Origin: Thermofilaceae archaeon
GTDB taxonomy: Archaea > Thermoproteota > Thermoprotei > Thermofilales > Thermofilaceae
Direction: 5' to 3'
NCBI GenBank assembly: GCA_038861545.1
Contig: JAWCCZ010000007.1
Location: 1 to 38,989 of the forward strand
Length of the DNA: 38,989 nt
Shown: positions 1-8,204 of the stretch, piece after piece
How the letters are laid out: each line of letters starts with the position of its first letter
Numbering within the stretch: the first letter of the stretch is position 1
The notes under the pieces: model-generated
Database searches by the model: none
The model's input: only the letters and a program-made list of their open reading frames with translations
Told to the model about the DNA's origin: nothing
Translations under genes and position numbers: made by a program

Positions 1-297
1 TTTAACCGCATTCCAAATGGTGTAAAGCCTTCCGGTACTTTTAGAACCCTTACGGACTTCCCTCAGAGCCCAATTCTTCAAAACGCTTAACGCTTCATTA
101 GGAGTTAACTTTACCAGCTCCTCCGGAGATCTGCCACAGCTCTCAACAAAATCCGCCAACATGTCGACATAATCGCAAGCCGTCCTTCCACTCCTCACGG
201 CTACCAGCTCATCAAACCAGTCCTTAACCTCTCCGCAACCCTCATATAATTTAAGAGCCCTCTTTGAAAGTGTATATCTATAACTAAACCTCTCCAA
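1..297 (-). CDS. N-terminal part (runs off window) of a probable tyrosine recombinase/integrase, core-binding SAM-like domain
   Basis: Manually translated open frame from TTG at 297 to base 1 (99 codons): MERFSYRYTLSKRALKLYEGCGEVKDWFDELVAVRSGRTACDYVDMLADFVESCGRSPEELVKLTPNEALSVLKNWALREVRKGSKSTGRLYTIWNAVK. The V..W...L...S..T...Y...L..F....G.SPEEL...AVK pattern resembles N-terminal domains of archaeal integrases. Catalytic RHRY residues lie outside the window. Confidence 0.6.
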   Translation of the reverse strand, partial: MERFSYRYTLSKRALKLYEGCGEVKDWFDELVAVRSGRTACDYVDMLADFVESCGRSPEELVKLTPNEALSVLKNWALREVRKGSKSTGRLYTIWNAVK

Positions 298-327
298 GAT
301 CCATCAAGAAAACAGGAGAGGAAGAGG

Positions 328-335
328 TATATAAA
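328..335. promoter_or_regulatory. TATA box (TATATAAA on +, TTTATATA on -), possibly bidirectional
   Basis: About 31 nt upstream of the integrase TTG on the - strand and 20-27 nt upstream of GGGCCC on the + strand, with a purine-rich BRE-like run before it on +. Confidence 0.5.
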
Positions 336-360
336 TGTTCGGATAGGAAAAATCGGGCCC

Positions 361-710
361 GTAGTCGAGTAAGGATTATAGGCAATCTTCGCGAGTCCTG
401 TAACGGGTGAGTACCGGCACTCTATAATCCCTTTCAATTTAGTTACATTTGACTCGAAGCGAGGTACTTCTTCTCCGCTTAAATTCACCGAAATTATAAG
501 CGATCTCTTTTCTAAATCATAGCCAGCTTCCCTCACAGCCCTACCTACGTCTCGAAGCGTCACTGAAGAAGAGCTGTATTTCACTGTGGCGTAACCCGAG
601 GTTAAATCGGCTTTAATTTCTATGCCGAGTTTTTGCAGTTCCCTTTCTATAGATAGGACGCAGGTAGGGCAGTCGACTCCGATGATCTTTATCTTCTCCT
701 CAATCTTCAT
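361..710 (-). pseudogene. copA: 5' fragment of a heavy-metal (Cu) P1B-type ATPase, CopA-like; only the N-terminal HMA domains remain
   Basis: GVDCPTC metal-binding motif and HMA fold ending in AGY, then a second degenerate HMA-like domain. After YNPYSTT the ORF (201..710) reads into unrelated sequence. The start overlaps the stop of the YHS gene (707-710). Confidence 0.7.
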
Positions 711-895
711 GGCTCAGCAGTACCCACAGGCATACCATTTGGCCCACTGTTCAGGTAGGTTTCAGGATAACGCTCAAACACCTCTCTGCATTGGGCACTG
801 CAGAAGTAGTAGATTTTACCTCTGTATATAGTTTTATGCTTTATTTTCTCTTTATCTATAATCATTCCACAAACGGGATCCATTACTGCAACCAT
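707..895 (-). CDS. YHS/TRASH domain copper chaperone
   Basis: DPVCGM...Y.GK.YYFCS..C...F...P..Y signature; immediately upstream of the copA fragment, as in crenarchaeal cop operons. Confidence 0.85.
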   Translation of the reverse strand: MVAVMDPVCGMIIDKEKIKHKTIYRGKIYYFCSAQCREVFERYPETYLNSGPNGMPVGTAEP

Positions 896-933
896 AGCTA
901 GATGATATTATGACATAGTAATAAACTTATCCT

Positions 934-1395
934 TTAGAGCGTAAGCCTTATGCGCCGGCTACCTTGTGGTGGAATTTCTCTTCTCTCGATCCGTTCGACA
1001 AGATCAACTACTCTATGCTTGATTTCATCGCGTATTTTTCTCGCTTCGTCTAAGCTCATGCCGACAGGGTCTGGAATCCCCCATTGTTCCACGTACTTAG
1101 TATAAAGAATAGGGCATTCCCCGGACTTCGGCTCTCCGCACACAATTATACCAATGTCTGCTACTTTATGCATCTCTGGTACGAGTAGCCTTGGCACCTT
1201 GCCAGAAATATCTATACCTTCCTCAAGCATAAGAAGTACTGCGTTTGGATGTACCTTTTGAGCTGGCCTGCTGCCTGCACTGATTGCGATCCAACCAGCA
1301 GGCGCTATAGAATTGAAATACGCTTCAGCGATCTGACTTCTGAATCTATTTTCTATGCAAACAAAAAGGGCTATTTTTCGTTTTTCGGCATACAT
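934..1395 (-). CDS. arsC: Low-molecular-weight phosphatase family / thioredoxin-type arsenate reductase (ArsC-like)
   Basis: CX5R loop FVCIENRFRSQIAEA, SAG motif, Cys pair in VCGEPKSGECP, W.IPDP motif. Confidence 0.75.
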   Translation of the reverse strand: MYAEKRKIALFVCIENRFRSQIAEAYFNSIAPAGWIAISAGSRPAQKVHPNAVLLMLEEGIDISGKVPRLLVPEMHKVADIGIIVCGEPKSGECPILYTKYVEQWGIPDPVGMSLDEARKIRDEIKHRVVDLVERIERREIPPQGSRRIRLTL

Positions 1396-1562
1396 CGTAA
1401 ATAATTTCTTAAGGTTAAGTTAAAAGCTTTAGTATTCGCTAAAAGTAATTCCAAGAAAGAAGAACGTACAACGGATTCATGTTGCAGTACTACTTTAGCA
1501 TCGATATTGGGTTGTACTGGATTAAGAAAGCTTTAATAGGTTATTCCATAGGTATACAGCGT

Positions 1563-2073
1563 ACGAAACCGGTAACCTTGGATTTAATCTTAAGCGCTTT
1601 TGCTGGAAATCAATGACGCATCTGAGGTATCTTATATTCGTAGGCATTGCTGAGAGAGGAGTTCTCCAATATTGCCCGCCTCTTCAAGGCTATCGCTTAC
1701 GTGGAGTTTATTCATGCTCGAAATCATTATAGGAACTTGCAGAAGTGCTTACTGAACCCGGAAGTACGTCGAAGAACTTAGAACTGGCCATTAGAGGAGT
1801 ACGAAGTGAATGATATGTACCCAGCCTACATCGAAGTAGCCAGTTTCCAAGGAGAAAAAGGGCCAGAGCGTAGCTTCAGATGGGCTTTAAAAGCTAAGAT
1901 AATCAACGCTCAACTCTATAGGGAAGCGAGGAATTACGTTGGCGTAAACAAGATTGGCCTCTTACGGTAAAGTTTGGATTTGCTCTACATGTGGTCACAC
2001 TTACATTGGTGAAGAACCATCTGCAAAATACCCTATATGCGGAGTTCCAAGAGACAAGTACGTAGGCTTTTAA
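1563..2073 (+). pseudogene. Rubrerythrin pseudogene
   Basis: Reassembled across about 5 frameshifts: (ACG)KPVTLDLILSAFAG/SMTHLRYLIFVGIAER/EFSNIARLFKAIAYVEFIHARNHY.../PGSTSKNLELAIRG/EYEVNDMYPAYIEVASFQGEKG...FRWALKA.../WICSTCGHTYIGEEPSAKYPICGVPRDKYVGF*. The start appears mutated ATG>ACG and one rubredoxin Cys is replaced by Tyr. Confidence 0.9.
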
Positions 2074-2194
2074 TTTTCAATTTTTCCGTATTTATTGAAG
2101 ATTAACATATAAGTTAATTAATTAATACTACAGCTTCAATCATTGTAAAGAAATTATTAAATACTAGATTCTAAGCTTTATAACGGTGACTAAA

Positions 2195-3244
2195 ATGTTA
2201 TCAAAACACCCCCTGGAATTACCTCAGGGCAGAAAATTATCTAGAGAGGAAATAGCCGATGCTCTGCGCTTATCTATAATCGCTGAGCTCGACGCTATAA
2301 GCCTTTATCTTCAACTAGCTAGGACAATTGACGATGAACGGGTAAAAAGGGTTTTCGAGGATATTGCAAAAGAAGAGAAAACTCACACGGGAGAGTTCCT
2401 TGCCCTATTGAAGGGCCTTGACCCCGAGCAGGTTGAGGAATTGGAGTCCGGAGCTCGCGAGGTAATGGAGTTAACAGGGATCCGTGCACAGGATCCCCCT
2501 TCATCCGAAAGTCAAGCTGAACCTTTTACGGGAGAGGAGCTGAGTTATCTGCTGAAACAATTCACAAGCACAGCTGACTCGATTAGAGTTTTCAGACGGT
2601 ATCTTCCTTTAACTAGGGCGGGCAGAGGCACCCTCTCGGTTCCTGTTGAACGTCCAGGCGAGCCCCCCACAGTGTTACCCTTAAGGGAAATCGCGGTTAG
2701 ATTCTATGTAAACCAGAGCTCAATCGATTACGCGAGAGCTACGAAGCAGCCCCTAGAAATAGCCGACGCTCTTAGAGCTGCTGTAGAGCTTGGTTTAAAT
2801 GAAGACCGCACGCTTTTCGAAGCCCTCGCAGGTCTTCGAGAAGCTATAACTGCAACGATCACTAGTTGGGAGAAGCCAGGCGCTGCTGTGGGCGAAGTAG
2901 CTGGAGTTGTAGCTAATTTGATAGGGGCTCAAGCAACACCTCCTTTCATTTTATTTATTAGCCCCACTAGGTTCTCTAGATTACTTCAGGTGCATGAACG
3001 GACAGGGGTTATGGAGTTAACTAGGCTCAAAGCATTAACAGATGTTGTCGCAACACCGGTCTTACCGGACGACACAGCCTTAATCGTATCGGCGACGCCT
3101 AGAGTCCTAGATATAGTGCTTGGCGCTGATACTGAAGTTGAGTATATCGGTCCTGAGAACGGAAAGCACGTGTTCAGGAGTTGGGAGAACATCGGAGTTA
3201 GAGTTAGGTATGAACGTGGGATAGCTTTACTAAAGCAAGCGTAA
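2195..3244 (+). CDS. Family 1 encapsulin shell protein with N-terminally fused ferritin-like protein (Flp/EncFtn)
   Basis: N-terminal ~100 aa carry EncFtn motifs (AELDAISLY...EEKTH.GEF). The C-terminal part has Linocin-M18/HK97-type motifs (EDRTLF, DIVLGAD..VEYIG). ATG at 2195 follows a GGTGA SD; the ORF track starts at GTG 2186. Confidence 0.88.
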   Translation: MLSKHPLELPQGRKLSREEIADALRLSIIAELDAISLYLQLARTIDDERVKRVFEDIAKEEKTHTGEFLALLKGLDPEQVEELESGAREVMELTGIRAQDPPSSESQAEPFTGEELSYLLKQFTSTADSIRVFRRYLPLTRAGRGTLSVPVERPGEPPTVLPLREIAVRFYVNQSSIDYARATKQPLEIADALRAAVELGLNEDRTLFEALAGLREAITATITSWEKPGAAVGEVAGVVANLIGAQATPPFILFISPTRFSRLLQVHERTGVMELTRLKALTDVVATPVLPDDTALIVSATPRVLDIVLGADTEVEYIGPENGKHVFRSWENIGVRVRYERGIALLKQA

Positions 3245-3338
3245 TAGGGTGGAGTCTCAGCTGCTGGGATCCAAAAACAACTGGTAAAAAATAGGTTAAC
3301 TGAGGGACAGTAAGACTGTCTGCCAATCGGTCATCTGA

Positions 3339-4352
3339 TTAAACAACTCTATTCGGAATTTTTTCTCCGCTTAAAAACTTCTTTATCGTTTCTAAAGTAG
3401 TTTCTAAGATTCTATTCACCGCTTCCCACGTGTTATACGCTAAGTGTGGTGTTAAGATAACGTTAGGGTACATCGTTAAGTGGAAAGCTAGTAAACCTTT
3501 CCTGAGTTCTTCGAGGCTTTTAAAGGAATAAGCCTCTACATTTCTCATAGCTTGCTCGCCCTCGACAACGTCCAGCGCGGCTCCGGCTAGGATTCCTTTA
3601 TCTAAGGCTTCAAAGAGCGCCTCTGTTTCCACAAGGCCGCCCCTAGACGTGTTGATTAAAATAGCCCCTTGTTTAATTTTCGTTATATTCCTCGTGTTTA
3701 TCAGGTGTCGCGTTTCGTGTGTAAGAGGTAGGTGTAAGGTAACTATATCCGAGGAGGAAAGAAGAGCGTCAAGGTCGACGTAGAGTACACCGTACAGTTT
3801 CTTCAGCTCCTCATTTTCGAGTACATCGTAGGCTAATATTTTCATGCCGAATGCGTGGGCAAGCTTGGCAACATGGCTTCCAATTCTACCCGTGCCTACT
3901 ATACCGATGGTTTTCCCAGCTAGTTCCCTCCCGCGCAACCTCTCTAACGAGAAACTGGATTTATCGGGAAGCGAATCGAAGCCTATAATCTTCATTTTCC
4001 TCATGAGCATTAGCGCGAGCAGTATCGTGTACTCAGCCACCGTGCTCGAGCCGTAATCAGGTACATTAAACACCGTTACTCCCCTATTTTTACAAGCTTC
4101 CAAGTCTATGTGATCGTACCCAGTAGATCTCGTGATTATGGCTTTCAGCTTCGGCAGCTTTTCGAGTAGCTCGGGTCCAACATTCGAGTAAATGAACACA
4201 CTTATAATTTCTGAGTCCTTTACCGCTCCCGTGTTCTCAAGGGTTAAAGGCTTTTGATTGAAAATTAAATCATGTCCGGCAAGGGCTTTCCTTATTTGAG
4301 TTTCTTCCCAACCCTCAATCTCGAAAAAAGCTATTTGAACCGTAACTACCAC
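3339..4352 (-). CDS. D-isomer-specific 2-hydroxyacid dehydrogenase (D-lactate dehydrogenase-like)
   Basis: RSTGYDHID, GTGRIG Rossmann motif, NTSRG, LDVVEGE, TPHLA. Confidence 0.9.
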   Translation of the reverse strand: MVVTVQIAFFEIEGWEETQIRKALAGHDLIFNQKPLTLENTGAVKDSEIISVFIYSNVGPELLEKLPKLKAIITRSTGYDHIDLEACKNRGVTVFNVPDYGSSTVAEYTILLALMLMRKMKIIGFDSLPDKSSFSLERLRGRELAGKTIGIVGTGRIGSHVAKLAHAFGMKILAYDVLENEELKKLYGVLYVDLDALLSSSDIVTLHLPLTHETRHLINTRNITKIKQGAILINTSRGGLVETEALFEALDKGILAGAALDVVEGEQAMRNVEAYSFKSLEELRKGLLAFHLTMYPNVILTPHLAYNTWEAVNRILETTLETIKKFLSGEKIPNRVV

Positions 4353-4517
4353 CCAAGTTATAGGTTTTCTCGACCTTTTAAATATGTCGATGTCATACTA
4401 GCTTGAGTCCCAGGGAAAGCACCCCGGAACAGGGGGCGTTATTTCTCGAGTTAACCTTTAACTTCACAACGGCTAATTTACAACCCTGTAGAAGCGGCAA
4501 TGGCTTCAGCTAGATGC

Positions 4518-5777
4518 TCAGGGAGTAAGCTCTTCCAGCGACTTACCCTTAGTCTCAACACCTAGCAGCAACACTGCGATAGCTGAGACAAGGTGACTTA
4601 CAGCGAAGAGTGCGAACGGTGCCAGTGGGTCTTTGTATAGGAGTATTAACGCGCCAGCTATGTAGGGTCCAACAATCCCGCCCACCCTACCTATAGCGTT
4701 AGCCCATCCGCTACCTGTTCCCCTCAGCTCCGTTGGATAAAGCTCAGGTGTGTAAGCATATGTGATGCCCCAAGCCCCTAGGTTGAAGAAAGATACCAAC
4801 ATACCCCACACCAGCACCTCGGCTTCAGAGGTGGCGAGCCAGAGGCCTAAACCGGCTGCACCGGCTCCAAGCATATAACCAACTAGAGCCCATTTTCGCC
4901 CTACTATTTCGATCAGGTACGCGGTCGATAGGTAGCCGGGTATCTGCGCTAAAGTGATAGCTATCGAGTAGTCTAGGCTTCTGACAAATGGTATACCCCG
5001 AGCGTAGAGTATATCCGTAAGCCAAAGGAAAATACCCCAGTAGGTTAAGACTATGATGAACCAATGTGTCCAAAGCATGACCGTTCTCTTCAAATAAGGC
5101 CTAGCCAGAAGATCCCTGAGCATACTTTTTCTAGAGGGATAGACCTCCGGTAGTTTGACACCTAATTTTTCAGAGAGGATTTTAGCTCCCTCAACGTTGC
5201 CCTTACCGATGAGGAACCTTACCGACTCGGGGGTTAAAAGATAGAGGAACGGCAGGATGACCAAAGCCGAGGCCGAGGCTGTAAAGACGCTTCTCCAGCC
5301 GTAGATCGGTGCAAGGATCCTCGAGAGCAGGAGCGCTACTAGCCACCCGAAAGCCCACGCGCTTTCCAGAAGCGCTACGCTTCGCCCCCTGGCCCTTGTA
5401 GGCGCGTACTCACTCATGAGTACACTGGCCGTTACCATATAGCCAGCATTACCAGCCCCCGCTAAGACTCTGTATATAGACAGGTCAAGCCAACTTCTAG
5501 CGGTCGCGCTAAGAGGCGTAAAAATCCCCATAAGCATCGCCGAAGTAAGCAGGACAGGTTTTCTCCCCAGCCTATCTGCCATATAGCCTAATAACAAGGC
5601 TCCGAGCAGCATGCCTAAGAGCCAACTACTTAAAACTCTACCAGCCTCCTCTGGGTTTAGCTCCATTTCTATGCGAATTAAAGGTAACGTACCGCTTACA
5701 AGACCTGCATACATGGCCCCCATCGTCCAACCAACCATTAAAATCATCAACAGCTTGTATTCGAAACGCGACTTCAC
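4518..5777 (-). CDS. MFS transporter (Sugar_tr/NiaP-like)
   Basis: About 12 TM segments; motif A GYMADRLGRK; PESVRFL; ELYPTELRG.G; ETKGKSLEE. Confidence 0.92.
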   Translation of the reverse strand: MKSRFEYKLLMILMVGWTMGAMYAGLVSGTLPLIRIEMELNPEEAGRVLSSWLLGMLLGALLLGYMADRLGRKPVLLTSAMLMGIFTPLSATARSWLDLSIYRVLAGAGNAGYMVTASVLMSEYAPTRARGRSVALLESAWAFGWLVALLLSRILAPIYGWRSVFTASASALVILPFLYLLTPESVRFLIGKGNVEGAKILSEKLGVKLPEVYPSRKSMLRDLLARPYLKRTVMLWTHWFIIVLTYWGIFLWLTDILYARGIPFVRSLDYSIAITLAQIPGYLSTAYLIEIVGRKWALVGYMLGAGAAGLGLWLATSEAEVLVWGMLVSFFNLGAWGITYAYTPELYPTELRGTGSGWANAIGRVGGIVGPYIAGALILLYKDPLAPFALFAVSHLVSAIAVLLLGVETKGKSLEELTP

Positions 5778-6006
5778 ATAGCCTCCATGTTAATCAAGTT
5801 TATAAACTTGACACAGGCATTAGAATTCTTGCAAAATTAACGAAAACATGCGATGACCACTTAAGCTGTGCTGAAAATTTTTCAGTGCAAACGTTTTAAC
5901 TTGAGCCAACCAATCGACGATTTACTTCCGGTGAAGTGGCAAACCCGCTTCATTGTTTTCACTCAACATGCAAGTATAGCCGAGTAGTTTAGAGAAATTT
6001 TCTGAA

Positions 6007-6055
6007 TCAGCCAAGACCAATCACATCATCCTTCAGCCTGACGTGCAGTCATCCC
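6007..6055 (-). ncRNA. Box C/D sRNA (2'-O-methylation guide), probably targeting 23S rRNA
   Basis: The - strand reads GGGATGA(C)-ctgcacgtcagg-CTGA(D')-AGGATGA(C')-tgtgattggtcttgg-CTGA(D), with canonical spacing, in an intergenic region. The guides are complementary to UGACGUGCA and AAGACCAAUCA, which resemble neighbouring conserved 23S domain II segments. Confidence 0.85.
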
Positions 6056-6126
6056 TGTTAACCAATCTTGGCTAGCACATCTACAGTTAGGCATTTTTAA
6101 CTCTTATCCCCGTTATAGTTAAAGCT

Positions 6127-7251
6127 ATGCTAGATAAACCGAATTTTGAGCGGCTGAGATCAGTACTCTACCTTGAAGAACCTCAGGATCGGGTACCTCT
6201 ATACGACCTTTACGCCGATCCAGAGGTTGTAGAAACTCTAACAGGTGAGCGGTTGGCTGAGGGCCCAAGCAGTGTAGGGGAAGCTGCCATAGCAGTTAGG
6301 AAGAAAAAGTATCTGAGGGACGCTGAACACAACGCGAGAGTTTTAGTAAAGTTCTACCTGAAGCTAGGCTACGATTACGTCACATTTTCCATCCCCACCC
6401 CCTTCCCCCGCTCTAACGTGCAGCTGGCTAACGATACAGCGCCGCTGCGCAGACCTAAAAGAGTTTGGAACGATGAGAGAAGGGGGGTGATTGAAACTCG
6501 GGAGGATTTCATTGAGTACGTGTGGCCTGAGGTGGCAGACGTACAGGAGACTTTCCTTACCTACTATGCCGCTTTCAAGCGCGAACTACCCGAGGGTATG
6601 GAGATCATACCTCTTACTCCGGGAGGAGTTTTCGAGAATGTGGTATGGCTAATGGGTACCGTGCCTTTTTCAAGGACCCTGTATAGGGATCCAGTTTTAG
6701 CGAAGTGCATGTCCGACAGGGTGGGAAAGGTGCTTGAGTATATCTGCAAAATAGCCAGCGAGTGTGATTCTGTGGGGGCTGTAACGATGGGCGACGACAT
6801 GGGTTACAGGAGCGGGCCAATGGTATCTCCCTCCGCGCTTAGGCAATATGTGTTCCCCTGGCAAAGGAGCTGCGCCGAGGCGGTTCACAGACACGATAAG
6901 CTATTCATCCTCCACAGTTGCGGTAATTTAAAGGTCATTATGGATGACCTGATAAATTACGTTCGTATCGACGCAAAACATTCCTACGAGGATGTCTCCT
7001 ACCCTGTTACAGAGTACAAGGAGCTTTACGGTAGCCGCATAGCGATACTAGGAGGCGTGGATATGGACAAGTTGTCCAGAATGCCTACAGACCTCTTTAC
7101 AGGTTATGTAAAGGAAGTTCTCAGAGCGTGCGCACCGGGCGGCGGTTACGCGCTAGGCTGCGGAAACAGTGTAGCCAACTACATCAGGATAGAGAATTAC
7201 TTAACCATGATTGAAATCGGTAAAAAATACGGCAGGTATCCGCTAAGGTGA
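6127..7251 (+). CDS. Uroporphyrinogen decarboxylase / MtaA-CmuA family TIM-barrel protein
   Basis: DRVP N-terminal motif, GDDMG...GPMVSP, LHSCGN (HxC), GGVDMD, GGYALGCGNS. Confidence 0.85.
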   Translation: MLDKPNFERLRSVLYLEEPQDRVPLYDLYADPEVVETLTGERLAEGPSSVGEAAIAVRKKKYLRDAEHNARVLVKFYLKLGYDYVTFSIPTPFPRSNVQLANDTAPLRRPKRVWNDERRGVIETREDFIEYVWPEVADVQETFLTYYAAFKRELPEGMEIIPLTPGGVFENVVWLMGTVPFSRTLYRDPVLAKCMSDRVGKVLEYICKIASECDSVGAVTMGDDMGYRSGPMVSPSALRQYVFPWQRSCAEAVHRHDKLFILHSCGNLKVIMDDLINYVRIDAKHSYEDVSYPVTEYKELYGSRIAILGGVDMDKLSRMPTDLFTGYVKEVLRACAPGGGYALGCGNSVANYIRIENYLTMIEIGKKYGRYPLR

Positions 7252-7535
7252 GCTACATGCGCAGGCTCCAAGGCATAGTCCGTGAAGTGCTTGTGACTGA
7301 TGATGTTCGCAGAGACGAAGATGGAGAAACCTGGAGGAAGTGCATCGTTTTAGTTCAACTCACCGGTTTAAGCAAGCGCGCAGGAACGGAAGAGTTACCC
7401 CCAACTCTACGGGATAAAGTAGTTAAAGTAGTAAGATGGTGTTGTTATGACTGGCATTTTAAGGTGGGTTGTAGAGCTACTTTAACACCAGAGGAAACCG
7501 AGGCAGTTCTTAGGTCCGGTTCAATTTCCCCTTGA
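7248..7535 (+). CDS. Small hypothetical protein (Cys-containing)
   Basis: GTGA start/stop overlap with the upstream gene; 95 aa, beta-rich, RWCCYDWH motif. Confidence 0.65.
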   Translation: MSYMRRLQGIVREVLVTDDVRRDEDGETWRKCIVLVQLTGLSKRAGTEELPPTLRDKVVKVVRWCCYDWHFKVGCRATLTPEETEAVLRSGSISP

Positions 7536-7547
7536 CTCCTCGCTTGT

Positions 7548-8117
7548 CTACTGGATGTTGAAAGTGAAACTACTATGGAGCAACTTTGAATCGATCGTAG
7601 ATACCTTTCCACATGGTTTTCCCAACCATGAAGAGTGTACAGCTCCCCACAGTATAACGCAGCACTTGGCTTCGCTAGTGTTTAACATACCGGTTGCAAA
7701 GCAATAGAGGATTTTCTTAATCAGGATTTCACCAAATTTTTTCTCCTCCAGATCATCCATTGACTCATACTCGGCTTGGCTCAGCATAGGTTCACAGTTG
7801 ACGAACACCTATGGTCTTCCGACAAAGCTTATCCTCTACTTGCTGAAGCAGATCCAAAAACTATCAAGGCACCCCCGGCACAATTCTTGGCACCGTAGCA
7901 ATACTACCTATTCCAAGTGGTAAGAGAAAAACTTGAAGTTTCTCGTCTCGAAAAATCGTGAAATAAAGGTTTTCCGTACCTTTCCTTAATTCTTCTAACA
8001 CGCACGAGTGCCTCGCTTGATCTTAGCAGGATTTTCGAGGCTTCATTCAAACGCGTATCTAGTTCAGCCACTTTTCTTTTCTGAACAAGTAAGTATAGAT
8101 GCACCCGCCTTTTTCAT
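7548..8117 (-). pseudogene. Possible degraded gene remnant of unknown identity
   Basis: Two short same-strand ORFs (7904..8104, 7548..7808) plus an out-of-frame ATG at 8117; no family recognised. Confidence 0.3.
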
Positions 8118-8204
8118 CTCTTATAAGTTTAGGAAATAACCACTGTTTTCTTCACAGTAAATTTAAGAGCTTTCGCTAGGGCTCGCTTGTGAACCCTAGC
8201 ATCG

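Larger units (their letters stand above)
1..366. mobile_element. End of a putative integrative element inserted into copA
   Basis: CopA-like sequence stops after ...YNPYSTT (~361). It is followed by a TATA box (328-335) and the integrase-like ORF. The junction GGGCCCGTAGTC (355-366) resembles an archaeal tRNA 5' end. Confidence 0.55.

Noticed and set aside
201-360. C-terminal ~53 aa of ORF 201..710 as real protein
   Set aside because: It is read-through past the copA breakpoint, across a promoter and out of frame over the integrase-like ORF.
355-430. tRNA gene starting at GGGCCCGTAGTC
   Set aside because: Only the first ~20 nt resemble a tRNA. No anticodon arm, T-arm or acceptor 3' strand follows; the rest is antisense copA.
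2195-3244. Viral HK97 capsid / provirus
   Set aside because: The ferritin-like fusion and the absence of terminase, portal or protease genes indicate an encapsulin.
5850-5885. Box C/D sRNA on the + strand (GCGATGA...CTGA)
   Set aside because: Only one box pair is present, and the CTGA is part of a CTGAAAA-T-TTTTCAG dyad.
6127-7251. hemE assignment
   Set aside because: It lacks the HemE W.MRQAGR motif and has MtaA-like HxC...C ligands instead.
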